DNA of 60,000 nucleotides from Callorhinchus milii (lineage: Eukaryota): the NCBI RefSeq assembly GCF_018977255.1, contig NW_024704742.1:47804001-47864000 (forward strand), read 5' to 3'. The notes below the pieces were generated by a model. That model saw only the letters and a list, made by a program, of their open reading frames with translations. It searched no databases and had not been told where the DNA came from. This document shows positions 1 to 13,140 of this stretch, one piece after another. How positions within the stretch are numbered: position 1 is the stretch's first letter; every line of letters begins with the position of its first letter. The position numbers and the translations under genes are program-made.

Positions 1-624
1 ACATAATTAGTAAGTGGAGGTTTCGTGTTTGTATTGGAGGTGCTGCACTCTCTTTCATTGCGTCATTCTTGTAATAACTGAAAAATTAGCACGATCAATT
101 TCTTTTGTTAAATATTTGTATAGCCTGCGTCACATCTTTGATCAATAATTACAGTTCATGGAACAGGTACTGCTCCCATCAGTGCATTCAGCAACAAGTA
201 GGCTAAATGAAAATAAGTGGCTGTATTGCGACAGTCTCTTTTTACTGTATTAAGAGACTTTTTGTGTGAATTTTTGTGCACTTCATAAAGGTGTATTGTA
301 TGAGTGTAGGGAATGGAACATTTTTGCCATTTCCAGCACCCAGTGTCAGCATTAAAAACTCCCAGGGTCAGATATTGTTCAGACAGATGCAGAGTAAAGT
401 TCCAGTCACTCTACTCTGCACCCAACTGTATGCCTCAGCCCGAAATTCCCCCCAACTCTCCCGCGTGCTTGCCTATATGTGTCAGTTTTTGTTCTATGGC
501 AAATAATGAATGGGTATAGAAAATGAGTTGTGGCAGGCTAAACTAAGTCCACACCAACAGAACGGACACCTCGTGCCATCAGTCTGCAACAGATTCAAAC
601 ACGGTCCTGAAAGTAACCAATTTT

Positions 625-970
625 GGAGTCCTCCAGCATATTGGTTAAAGCAATCGCCTCGCAAGCGAGAGGACCCAGGTTCGATTCCCGGGCAAGTTTC
701 CTTCCTCCACATGCCTCTGTTTACCTAGCAGTAAGAGAAATCCGTTTGTTGGTCGATTGGTGCATCGCTTTCCAGGGGTTATAATTCCTTCAAAAAATAA
801 TAATAATAATTTGGTCACTCAATCCACGACTGTTTGTGGGACACTTCTGTGCGCAATTAGCTGCCGCGTTTCTCCCACAAAATATGCAGTCAATTCACTT
901 TACAGTATATTTTGTGAAGTGCTTTGAGACGTCTTGACAACGTGATAAGGCACCATATTTTTGTTATTAT
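625..970 (+). mobile_element. Older, longer subfamily of the tRNA-derived SINE (similar copies ~5570-5926 and ~43410-43777)
   Basis: tRNA head, extra internal CTCTGTTTACCTAGCAGTAAG segment, shared core and tail. Confidence 0.8.
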
Positions 971-1818
971 CATATGTTTTGTACAGTACTTACCAGCTCC
1001 TAACCAGTAGTATCTTATCCGTCCTTCCTGCCCTGCCCTCTGAGGGGCTTAAAAGGAAAAATGAATTTAGGTATGAATGTGGGGGGTGGGGGGGGGGGGG
1101 TGTTGGACGGGAATGAAAAAACTTTCATTTTATTTAAATAAAATATTATTGTCTTTATTAAAAAAAAAGGCCATTTAACAAATATTTTTGTTTAAGGATG
1201 GAGAAGGGATATATTTCATTTTCATCACATTTCATTTGATTTTCAATGTGTTCACTCCATTGAGTGGTTTTAACTTGGACATTGATCAGAAACGATCATG
1301 CCAGGTCCCAACTGCAATTTTTTTTTAAAAAAATCATACAACAGCAGAGAAAAACCCTAATTTACAAATTATCTTTGGCCCTTTGGCCCATTTGACCCAT
1401 CACTTATTTTTGTTTCAAATTATCAATTTGAAACAAAACAAATAATCCCCTTCCCCTCTTTTAGATCACGCCTGAAGACCTTCCCCTTCGACCGTGCTTA
1501 CAGTCACCTCCTCCCTACACCGGGCTCGGTATCAGGCTCCGCCACTGTTAAGTGCTCTAAGACACTGCCCCGCGTGAAGGGCGCTGTATAGATGCAAGTT
1601 GTTGTTGTTACGAATAGATTATGTATTAATCTCAGTCACTCGCAGCGTGTGTGTGGCTGAGATTCGTCGTTAATGATCTACAACGTGTGATATAGATGTG
1701 TTCTCCAGTTATATCATCCTGGAGACTTTGCAGGTGATGAATTGTGACACACTTCTCTATCCCCAGTGCTATTGGAGTAGCAATGTTTGAGCAGCCCATG
1801 GTTTGATCTCCAGTTTGT

Positions 1819-1831
1819 GTTAATGATTGAC
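1819..1831 (+). promoter_or_regulatory. Candidate HNF1 site upstream of KLB
   Basis: GTTAATGATTGAC, one mismatch to GTTAATNATTAAC; weaker copy GTTAATGATCTAC at 1669-1681. Confidence 0.35.
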
Positions 1832-1976
1832 AGAGAATATTTCAACCACAAAGTGAGTGATAAATCCAGTCCAGCAGTTAGTTCACTTGGGAATGGAGGT
1901 GGACTGGGCTGCAGTGATGTCTCTGTACTGATGAGCTGAGCTGCCTTGAATCGGTTTTGTGGTTTAGGTTCACACA

Positions 1977-2720
1977 ATGACTGAGAGACTTGTAATCCTC
2001 CTGGCGCCACTCTGGATCAGTGGATGTGTCACTGTTGTCAATGGAGAACCGGGGGCAGGAAGGATCCTGTGGAAGAACAGATCAACACTGAATTATATGA
2101 ATGAAAGCGAACTTTTTCTCTATGACACTTTCCCCCAGAGCTTCATGTGGGGCGTGGGGAGTTCTGCCTTTGCTATTGAAGGGGGTTGGGAAAAGGATGG
2201 GAAAGGAGCTTCTGTCTGGGATGATTTGACGCACAGAGAATCCTCCAGGTTTGACAACACAACTGCAGACACTGCCAGTGACAGCTACACTTTCCTACAT
2301 AAAGATCTGGCTGCTCTGGAACACCTGGGAGTCAACTCCTACCTCTTCTCCATCTCGTGGCCCAGGCTGTTCCCAAAGGGAAAGGTAGAAGATGTCAATT
2401 TGAAAGGTCTCCAGTACTACAACAGGCTCATTAACTCCTTGATCCAGAGGCAAATCGAGCCCATAGTCACTCTCTACCATTGGGACCTGCCTTCAATACT
2501 GCAGCAGGAGTATGGAGGCTGGTTGAGTGAGGCTGTGGTTGATATATTTAATGAATACGCTAGATTTTGTTTCCAGAGTTTCGGGGATCGTGTTAGATTC
2601 TGGATTACAATCTACAATCCTCATCTGATCGCCTGGAATGGTTATGAAACAGGCCGGCACCCCCCTGGGGAGAGTGGGAATCGTGCTGCAATGTACACAG
2701 TGGGACACAACCTGATTCAG
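1977..2720 (+). CDS. KLB: Beta-klotho exon 1 (signal peptide, KL1 N-terminal part)
   Basis: MTERLVILL...[12 protein letters not shown]...YTVGHNLIQ; donor CAG|GTAAAG. Confidence 0.95.
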
Positions 2721-5700
2721 GTAAAGTAAACTGCTAAAATGATAGAAATCAAGTTGCAGAGTTTTAAGAATTAAGAAACAAAAAGAATTTTCAGTTTCCC
2801 TATTAATGAAGGAGAAAATGAGGAATGGATGATTTTATTCAGGTGTCCTCATTATAATAATATTAATAATAATATAATAATAATAAAACCAATCCTTGCA
2901 TTTGATATAGAGCCTCATCACGTCTTCGAGATGTCTCAAAGCACTTCATAAAGTATAACGTAAAGTTAATTGAATTGGGGAGGACAAGTTTGCAGGGCTA
3001 TGGGGACGGAGCGAGGGAGTGAGATTGATTTGGATAGTTCTTTTAAGAGAGCCAGCACAGACACGATGGGTCGAATGGCCTCCTTCAGTGCTGTATAATT
3101 CTATGATTCTATGACTGTATATTTGGTGGGCAAAACACGGCAGCCAATTGCGCGCAATGGTGTCCCACAAACAGTCGTAGATTGAGTGACCAAATTATTT
3201 TTTTTATTTTTATTTGGTCCTATTCTGTCTCTGAACCAGAAGGTTGTGGGTTCAAGCTTCCAATTTATATAGTCAAGGGGTGTACTGCATTAATGTATAC
3301 CCCTAGACTACATTTTCAAATGAGACATTAAAACTATTTGTTCAGGTGGACATTAAAGTTCCCATGGTGCTATTTGAAAAGAGAACAGAGTTTCTCCCAG
3401 TGTCCTGACCAGCAACCATTCTAGTAAACAGAATACTGCAGATGCTGGAAATCTGAAATACAAAACCAAAGTCGCTGAGAACACACAGCAAGTCAGGCAG
3501 CATCTATGGAAAGAGGAAAATGAGTTAACGTTTCAGGTCGATGATCTTATGTCAGAATTAGGGGATGTTGGAAGGGAGCAGATTATAAGGACCTTTCCCC
3601 CAGATGCTGCCCGACCTGCTGCGTGTTCCCAGCAACCTCTGCTTTTATTTCAATCCTTCTAGTAAAATTGGTCACTCACCTCATAGCAGTTTGTGGGCAT
3701 TGATATGCACAAATTGGCTGCGTCATTCACTCATCCTACAAAACTTACTGTTTACTGCACTTTACAGTAAATCCTGTGAAGTGCTTTGATATGTGAACGG
3801 TTTTATATTAATTGCTAGGATTATTATTATTACATTATTAAAATCAAAATTGATAGAAATGTTTTGAGATGCTTCGACCTGTTTTATGAAGTAAATGGTA
3901 GGAAACAAAGTCAACTTGTACAAATCATCCTTTAGTTCAATTAATTGAGCCTTGTACACAGAATATATCATGTTATACTGAAGTCCACTTCAGGACTTGA
4001 GGTTATCGACTTGGTTGACACTCCAGTCTAGTACTAGGGGAGCACTGCTTTGTCGGAGGCAACACTTTTCGAATGAAACATTAAAATGAAGTCCTGACAG
4101 TGGATATTGAACATTCCATGATACAATCTGAAATGAAAAGGAAGATCCTGCTAGGTAATCTGGCTGGGTTTTCTCTTCCTCAACTCTTGGAAGGTCAGGA
4201 ACAATTTTGCCTCCCCTCGCAGCCCCAGCTGGAAGCAGCAAACTCAGCACTGACCAACAATAACAATAATAATAATAATAATCCTTGCATTTGATATAGC
4301 GCTTTTCACATCTGGAGGACGTCCCAAAGCGCTTCACGGAACACACTGTAAAGTGAATTGACTGTATATTTGTGGGCGAACGCGGCAGCCAATTGCGCAC
4401 AGTAATGTCCCACAAACAGTCGTAGATTGAAAATGACCAATTTATTATTGTTTTTGGTTTTGGAGGTTATTATTATTAGGCATGTGGAGTAAGGAAACTT
4501 GCCCAAGGTTTCGCCCTGCCTGGAATTGAACTCAGGTCACTCTTGCAAAGCGAGTGCTTTTACCACTGAGCTACAGGACTCCACAATAACAACAACTTAC
4601 ACTTATATAGCTCCCTCCACACAGCCTAGCGTCTCAGAGTGTTCAACAGTGACCAGGATTTGAACCATTTCCAGTTCTTGAGCTGGTCATTAAATCTCAA
4701 AGCACTTCACATGAATTACTGTAAAATGGAGCGTCTTTATTTGTAGGCAAATGGAGCAGCCAGTTTGTACACAGCAATACCCCACAAACAACAACAACAT
4801 GTTGCATTTATGTAGGGCCCATCATGTGGGGTAGCTTCTCAGAGCGCTAAAATAGCTATGAAGTGAATGACCACTTTTATTTGGGAGAATTTGTTGGCCT
4901 GAACACGGGGAGAAACCTCATTCTCTTTTTGAATAGCATCTTGGGATGGTTAAGGTTCAGTTGATCAGGCAGACTGAGCCTTGATTTAACACCTCGTTTA
5001 AAGAATTTCATCTCTGACAATGCAGTGCTCCCCCAGTACTGCACTGGAGTGTCAGCCTAGACTGTGAGCTCAAAGTCCCAACTTGGGGCTAAACCTGACG
5101 CAGCTCAGAGATCGGTGTCATTTCTGAGCTTTGAGCTTCACGTATGCATGTTACTCTCCAGTTGCTTGCCCAAATGGTCAGACATTGCATCTTCAGGACT
5201 AGCCTCTTCCATGCCCAGAAGATTGATTGCGCATACATTCCTTTCTCAAATCCAGCACTGCTGGAACCCTTACGCCTTTATCATCTCTAGGATCAAATTT
5301 CTAATTTCTCTTTGCTGTTTTCCCAGCTCAATGTCATTTTAAACGTCAAGGTCAGGCACGCCCAAGAATTACAATTCTTGCCAAGTTATTACGTTTCACT
5401 GGCTCCCTGTTCCTCAGCAAATAGATTTTAATATCCTTATTCTTAGTTTCAATCTTTACAAAGCTGCATTCCCCCTATCTGTCGAAGCTTCTCCTACATC
5501 AGAGACCACACTTTGGCTGTGATGGCTCTGGCTCTGCACTGCTCATTCTGCTCCACCGTCGTGAGTTTCATAATGTAGTGGTTAGAGCACACACCTCACA
5601 AACGAGAGGACCTGGGTTCGATTCCTGGGCAGAGCAAAATCTTAGGCAAGTTTCCTTACTCCATACACCTCTGTTTATCTAGCAGTAAGTAGGAACCCAG

Positions 5701-8700
5701 TTGTTAGTCAATCGGCGCATGATTTTGCACGGGTGATAATCCTTGCCCCCAAAACAAATTGGTCACTCAATCCACGACTGTTTGTGGGACACTGCTGTGC
5801 ACAATTGGCTGCTATGTTTCACCCACAAAATATATAGTCAATTCACTTTATAATCTGTGAAGTGTTTTGAGACGTCTCAATGACATGATCAGGTGCTATA
5901 TCAAATGCAAGGACTATTATTATTATCAAAGGCCAAACCTTCTGCCACCACTTTGCTTTACTACTGTTCTATTTTCAAAAATTAAAGGTCTTTTTTTTTT
6001 TGCCGTGATCTCATGCCTCCAATTTCCTCAAGCACTCTGGGACGCTACCCCGCGTGAAGGGCACTATATAAATGCAAGTTGTTGTTGTTACGTCTTGCCT
6101 GACAACTCCTCAGCCTGCGTCCTCTTCCAAACCAGGAACTGTGCACACATCACCCCTCGTTCAGCTCCATTGGCTTCCTATCTCCCAGCATATCGAATTC
6201 AAATCCTCAATCTCACTTTCAAATCCCTCCACAGCCTTGCCCCTTTTGGAAGATCCTCTGACCCGACTGTCCCAGCCATTCCTTCTACTCAACAAACACC
6301 AGCCTCCTTTAACCATTCTACAACTGCTCTCTGAAACTCTTTCAAGGAAGTTTCTGCTCCCCTCTCCCCTCCCTTCCCTCCTCCCCACCATTAAAACTCA
6401 CCTTAAGATCTGTATTTTCTATTGTACTTTCGGACAACTTCCTGGTTTTCACAGGTGTTGGTTCACTTTTACTGCCCTTTCCATTTCATGTAATGTTATT
6501 CCTCCTTTTTGTAACGTGCAATTAGTGTGAAATTCAAAAGGGGAGTTTTAAAAGTCTGAAGAATAGTTACGGTAGAATAGTTGCATTTTATTTAAATGTA
6601 ACAACAAAGAATCAGTAATAATGACTGTATTTTAATGAATACAAATTTCCTAGCTGTCTGCTCAATTTAAATTGCAGTCATGTGCCACCTAGTGACAGAT
6701 CAGTCAAGACAAACTTCTCATTATATGATCTTCATAGGGATATGAAATGAATGGCATTTCTGAGTACACCCCAGTGCAGGGACTATTGAACATGAGCAAC
6801 CTACTTTGTGATTACTATGTGTCATAGACACAAGAGGTCTGGATATAATTCCACATATAGGAACTGCTACAATGTTAAAAGGAAAAAATTATATTGTGAA
6901 TTGAGAAAGAGAAATTATAGAGACGTATAAAACAATTAATTGTTGGGGGAAATTTGTTTCTTATATCTTGGAGTCTAAATTAAGGTGTTTTGAACAACAA
7001 CAAGTTGCCTTTATATAGTCCCTTTCACGTCAGGAGGACGTCCCAAGGAGGACGTCCCAAAGGAACTAAGGAATCTGGAAGTATGTCAAACTAGCTCATG
7101 GGAACTCTGCTCTGATGAAGTATTTCTAGTTACCAGTGTTAATTATCATATTGTATATCACATTGTTCACTGCTTTTTAAAAAATATATATTTGATAAAA
7201 GCAACTATCTGTGATGTTGCACTAAACAATAAAGACCAGGATCATTGCAGGATCGATACCTGGTCCGATCTGAATCAGCTGACTTTAGCTGAGATAGTCA
7301 AAGGGGGGAGGGCATTGCAATTGGTCTCGGTGTGTCTGAGCTGGGTGAAGAGTAAACATCAGTCAGTTCCTGCTCATGATCACATGCCGTAATCTCTGCT
7401 GGAATGTATTTATATGCATATTGATGACAAGATCAGACTCAGCTTGGCACTTGGCCTAAGAATGAGAGGACTGTCAGCCACTGTTGAATGGCATCCCAGA
7501 ATTTGACAGATTCTTAAATAAAGCCTTCATTTCTGAATCTGGTTTTCTGTAGGTTAAGAGTTTCAAAAAACTAATTTCAAAATTAGGACTGAGAATCCAA
7601 ACCAAGCTGAGATTTCAATGCATCCCACCGACACATGGAAATTACAGAGATAGGTTGTTGGAATGGAATGCGCACTCTCTCCCTGGAAGGACACATCCTG
7701 CTTACCTAACTCCGGAGACTATTAGGCGCAGGTTGGCAAGAGCCAAGGCTTGGGGACCCTAGACTGTGCGTTGGGAAACTGCTGGAGTCTAACCAACTAA
7801 AACCGTATAGCCAGGCGAGCAGGTCAAACCTACAGAGCCAGTTTTACAAAGCATTCGTGAGTGAGATAAATTCCACCAAAGTATTTGTTCAGGTGTGGCT
7901 CAGCTTCATAGTGATCCAAGAGGGGATGTTAATTTTCTCATGTGATTTGCAATGTTGTTTTGAAGGCTGACAGCTCTGTCTCGTTTATTTCAGGCACATG
8001 CTAAGGCATGGCACACCTATGACACTCATTTTCGCAAATCACAAAAAGGGTTTGTATCCTTGGTGCTGGGATCCCATTGGATCGAGCCAAAGACAGCAAG
8101 TGTCAGCTATGAACATTTCCAGACTTTGATGGACCAGGTGCTGGGATGGTTTGCCAAACCAATCTTTGTGGATGGTGATTACCCTGACAGTTTCAAGAAT
8201 GAAATCAACTCTCCTACTTTCACTGAAAAAGAAAGGAACTACATCAAAGGAACAGCGGACTTCTTTGCATTCTCTTTTGGGCCAGATAATTTCCGATCTC
8301 TGAACCACCTGGTCAGCCTAAGACATCATGCATCTCTCCACCTTGGTCGGGTCCTGAATTGGATAAAGTTAGAATACAATGACCCCAGGATTCTCATTGC
8401 TGAGAATGGCTGGTTTTCCAACAGCCATGTTAAAACAGAAGACACCACTGCTCTATACCTTATGAAAAAATTTGTAAATGAAGTGTTACGAGGTGAATAT
8501 AATTTATGTTTAATCTCTCTGGGTATCCATCACAATTTCTCTGTTTGTCCATTGCACCTTCTCTGTCTATTACATTGTCTGTTTCTGTCTTTCTGATTGT
8601 CCATTACAACCTCCGTCTATCAATTATAAACTGTCTGTCTGTTTGTCTGTCTGTCTCTCTGTCAGTCAGTCTCCCTGTCAGTCAGTCTCTTTGTCTGCCT

Positions 8701-11700
8701 GTTGTTTTACTTAAATGAAACAATTAAAATGACTATTGATGTCAACCAGTCAACCTGGCTCATCAGCAGGATTTGGAGGTTCCCACTGGGAACAGGGGTT
8801 CTTCCCACTTAGCACTTGTTACCCATATAAGACAAAGCCCTAATGGTTAGGGCAGTCCGAGTTGGCCATGCAAAGGGCAGCTTTCTCGATGTACTCAATG
8901 ATAATCAGTACTGTTTTAGCTGGTTAATGGTAAACCAAGCTGGAAAACCAAGTGTAACAATCGTACATAACACCCCAAAAGTCCACGAAACTTGCTTGTA
9001 AAATATTATGTTAAGAAATCTTTATGGGATGTTTTCTTGGGACTTGTCCTGAAGGAGGGAGGGGTGCAAAATTGGAGGAAGGCCTTCCGCACTTGTTAAA
9101 ATTCATGGTNAAAAAAAATCATGTTGTAATGTTCCTGTACTGCCATGTAAAAAAACTCGCCCAGAATCACAGTTGATCAGTGTTAATGGTAAATAATTAA
9201 GCATGTGACTAGGAAGCTGGTATATACAACAATGTTATATTTTCCGGTGCCTGATTCATCATTTATTCTGTTTTATTTATTTTCTTTCTGTTTAGCTATC
9301 CGCTTCAATGAAGTGAATGTATTTGGTTACACTGCCTGGTCGCTGCTGGATGGTTTTGAATGGCAGTACGGCTACAAGATTGCGAGGGGGTTGTTTTATG
9401 TGGACTTTAGCAGTAAAGAGAAGTCCAGGATCCCCAAATCCTCCGCTTTATTCTACAAACAGATTATAGAACAAAATGGTTTTCCGCTAACTGAGATCAC
9501 CCAGCATGTGCATGGAACATTTCCCTGTAACTTCTCATGGGGAATTGCAGACACAGTGCTGCAGGTGAGGAGATTGCCTCATTTTGGAATTATATACTGT
9601 ATCTTCTTAAATTGTTCCTAAATGTTTGATCACTCTCATGGACCTAGAGTTAGCAATTAATGTTTGTCTGGCGAGAGAAACTATAAGGACCTTTTGCAGA
9701 AGTAGAGATAATTTCAGTGCCATCAGTGGTGACAAGATAAACCCTCAGCCCTCCATTATCCTGTAGGAGAAAGTGAGAATGTGTGACATTTGTTTTACTA
9801 AGGTGATATAGCAGATGTCTCAAAGCGCCTCACAGGATATATTGTAAAGTAGATTGGCTATGTATATAGTGGATTAAGCGCTGTGGGACGCTATTCTGTG
9901 TGAAGAGTGCTATATAAATGCAAGTTGTTGTTGGCATTGTGAAACACAGCAGTCAATTTGCAACCAGTAACATCCCACAAATATGGAGTGATGATCAATT
10001 TTATTTTGGGGATTGTTGGCCAGGACAGCGGGAGAAACTCCCATCTCTTTTTGAATAGTGCCGTTTAACATTAACAGACAGAAGTCTTAGTTCAACGTCT
10101 CATCCGAAGGATGGGGTGAATTAGCCTGAATTCCTGCTCCTGATCACTATACAGTGCTCTTTGCTGAAAACTGCATCTAGTTTGCACCAAAAAATGGGTC
10201 ACTCACTCCATGGCTGTTTCTGAGACTCTGCTCTGCACAATTGGCTGCCGTGTTTCGCCCACAAAATACTCAGTCAATCCACTTTACAGTATATCCTTTT
10301 TGATTGAATGGATTGCTGACACTCATAGTCAAGACTCACAAATAAATAATGACTACTTGGCCACGGGGAATGGGGGTGGGGTGAGGGGGCAACTGGTGCC
10401 TGTGAAACTCCAGGATAATAAAACTGTAATCACAACATCATGCAGAGAGGAAGGGCAGGCAAGAAAATTTGGAAGCAAATCAAAAGCAAAAATTGAAATA
10501 TCTGAAAGGAGAAGCAAATTCAGGCTTAAAAAAACAAATGTGATAAGTGGATCCAAAACTCCAACTGATATGCTGTTTGTTTTTTGATTGTGGCAGGTAG
10601 AAATGTTGCCCAGCTCCCCTCAATTCATTGATCACAACCTTTACATGTGGAACGTGACAGGAAATGGGGCTTTACACAAAATCAAAGGAACGATGATCAA
10701 GCCTCGTCCATCTCAGTGCACTGACTTCAGCAGTCTGAAGCAACATGTGGCATTGGTGAGGAAACTGAAAGTGAGTCACTACAGCTTTGCCCTTAAGTGG
10801 TCCCAGATATTACCACATGGAGATCTGTCTACTGTCAACAGAGACGTTTTGAGGTATTACAGATGTGTTGTTAGTGAACTATTAAAACTGAACATCGTCT
10901 CTACCATTATTTTGTATCATCCAACGTATCAAGACATTGATTTGCCTGGGCCATTGCTGAGAAATGGAGGGTGGCTCAACAGATCTACCGCCCTCGCTTT
11001 CAATGATTACGGAAACTTGTGTTTCCAGGAATTTGGTAACTTGGTCAAATTCTGGATCACTATGAATGAACCCAACATAAATATTCAGAGGAGCCTCGAT
11101 GCCTATAGGGCAGCACACAACATGATCATTGCACATGCACTGACTTGGCATAAATATAACAAAGAGTATAGGCACCAGTATCATGGTCTTGTGTCCCTGG
11201 CATTACGTGCTGACTGGGCAGAAGCAGCAAATCCCTACTTTGGGACTCACATAACTGCTGCTGAGAGGTTCCTCCAATTCCAAATAGCTTGGTTTGCGGA
11301 CCCCATTTTCAAGACAGGCAACTATCCAGTTGTAATGAGAGAATATATCCTCCACAAATATAAGGAACATCTCTCGAGCTCTTCCTTGCCACACTTCACG
11401 GACGAAGAAAAGCAGATGATTAAAGGAACTGCTGACTTTTTTGCCATCAATCATTTTACCACAAGGCTCATCTTACACAAACCTAAAAATGGAAGCAAGT
11501 ATCAAACAGACCATGACGGAAGTTTGCTAAGAGACGCGACACTACTGAGATTCCACTCCCCCTCCCATTCCTCCTTCCCCTTCCTCTCCCACCCTGAGAT
11601 GACAATTGCACCCTGGGGAATACGTAAAGTGCTGAACTGGATCAAATCGAACTACGGGAATGTGGACATTTACATCACGGCAAATGGGGTGTCCGACAAA

Positions 11701-13140
11701 TCTACCCTGAAGGATGAACTCCGAATCTATTACCACAAAAATTATATCAATGAAGTTTTGAAAGGTGAGGCTTACTGCATATAAATTAAGTAATTAAGTG
11801 GAAATCCAGTTGTTAGTCGATTAGCAGATCGTTTTCTGGGGGTAATAATTCCTCAAAAAAAAATTTGGTCACTCAGTCCACGACTGTTTGTGGGAGACTG
11901 CTGTGCACAATTGGCTGCTGGGCTTCACCCACAAAATACACAGTCAATCCTCTTTACGATATATTCTGTGAAGCACTTTGAGACATCTCAATGACGTGAT
12001 AAGGCACTATATAATAATAATAATCCTTGCATTTGATATAGCACCTTATCACGTCTTCAAAGCCCTTCACAGAATATACTGTAAAGTGAATTGATAGTAT
12101 ATTTTGTGGGCGAAATGCATATATCAAATGCAAGGATTATTATTGTTACTATTAATAAGACGTATGATATATGATTTATTGCCCAAAAGTGAGCCAGATG
12201 TTTAAAATCAGATAGAATTAATTGGTGAAAATATGATTTTTCATTTGTTACATTACTCTCTGGTTCAAATGCAGTCTAAATTTTGCACTATATTACATTT
12301 TTAAGATGACTCTTACTGATGCTCTTGGGTGTGGCTGGAAGAGGGCAGGGAGTCACAGAGTGAGGATAATGCTCTTACTCATAAGGAAAGAGCAAGCAAA
12401 AATCAGAATGTGAGGGAAACCTGTGCTCTCTCGTACAATTTATAGAACCTATTTATAGACTACTATTGGCAAAGGACTGGAACAGACACGCGACTACCGT
12501 AGGAGCCTGGGAATGCTTTATGTCAGGTGGTCCAACCTTTTGGCTGCTGAGGGCCGGACGCCCTATTTGAGAAACGTCCGCGGGCCATTTGCAATACTTT
12601 TGTGTTTCCCTTCCAGAAACATAACACAACATTTATGGATTATAGAGGGAGAGGGTGGGCCAGATTAAATGGATGGAGGGGCCAGATGGATCACCCTGCT
12701 TTATGTGATCGGGAAAATGATAACAAAAATGAGTCAATTTATTATAAATATCTGTACAGTATTTATTGTGAAGCCAATGTTACTTTGTGTTCACAGCACA
12801 ACTATTCGACCAAGTCAATGTCAAGGGCTACTACGCTTGGAAATTAAAGGATACAGAGATACATGTGCCCTTGGTTGGATTCTTCATTGTTGCTAACTCT
12901 GGATTGAAACCCAAGACCTCAGTGGAGTTTTACAACAAACTTATCAGAAACAATGGCTTTCCTTCGGGAGATGCAGACAACCAATGTTCCACAGACAGAC
13001 AGATACATTGTGAATGGTGCATTCTTATCTTAAAGAAAAAACCTTTGATGTTCTTTGGAGTCTGTATCCTTTTCACCGCAGTAATGTTCGCTGCAATCAT
13101 CATCATTCACAAAAGAAAGCGAAGAAAAGCCTTTTGCTAA
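1977..13140 (+). CDS. KLB: Beta-klotho, 5 coding exons: 1977-2720, 7994-8492, 9296-9564, 10597-11764, 12797-13140 (3024 nt, 1007 aa)
   Basis: Signal peptide, two GH1-like domains (KL1 TIYNP/IAENG; KL2 TMNEP/ITANG, each lacking one catalytic Glu), C-terminal TM helix and short basic tail; all introns GT-AG with consistent phases; synteny with RPL9/LIAS/UGDH. Confidence 0.95.
2975..3115 (+). mobile_element. CR1-type 3' tail nested in a minus-strand SINE (another copy on - strand ~21670-21980)
   Basis: GATGGGTCGAATGGCCTCCTTC...(ATTCTATG)n end; SINE sequence resumes on both sides. Confidence 0.7.
4262..4583 (-). mobile_element. Full-length tRNA-derived SINE (same family)
   Basis: Reverse complement of family sequence. 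Confidence 0.9.
7994..8492 (+). CDS. KLB: Beta-klotho exon 2
   Basis: Acceptor [21 protein letters not shown]...IAENGWF...VNEVLR; donor G|GTGAAT. Confidence 0.95.
9296..9564 (+). CDS. KLB: Beta-klotho exon 3
   Basis: 269 nt; [22 protein letters not shown]...[13 protein letters not shown] boundaries. Confidence 0.95.
10597..11764 (+). CDS. KLB: Beta-klotho exon 4 (KL2)
   Basis: [10 protein letters not shown]...WITMNEPN...YITANG...INEVLK; donor G|GTGAGG. Confidence 0.95.
12524..12698. mobile_element. Non-autonomous hAT-type MITE in KLB intron 4
   Basis: TIRs CAGGTGGTCCA / TGGATCACCCTG; perfect 8-bp TSD CTTTATGT (12516-12523, 12699-12706). Confidence 0.8.
12797..13140 (+). CDS. KLB: Beta-klotho exon 5 (KL2 end, TM, tail)
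   Basis: Acceptor [19 protein letters not shown]...[34 protein letters not shown]. Confidence 0.93.

Noticed and set aside
1977..13140. Active beta-glucosidase/lactase, or alpha-Klotho
   Set aside because: Each GH1 domain lacks one catalytic Glu; [12 protein letters not shown] and KKPLMFFG motifs plus RPL9-LIAS-UGDH synteny indicate KLB
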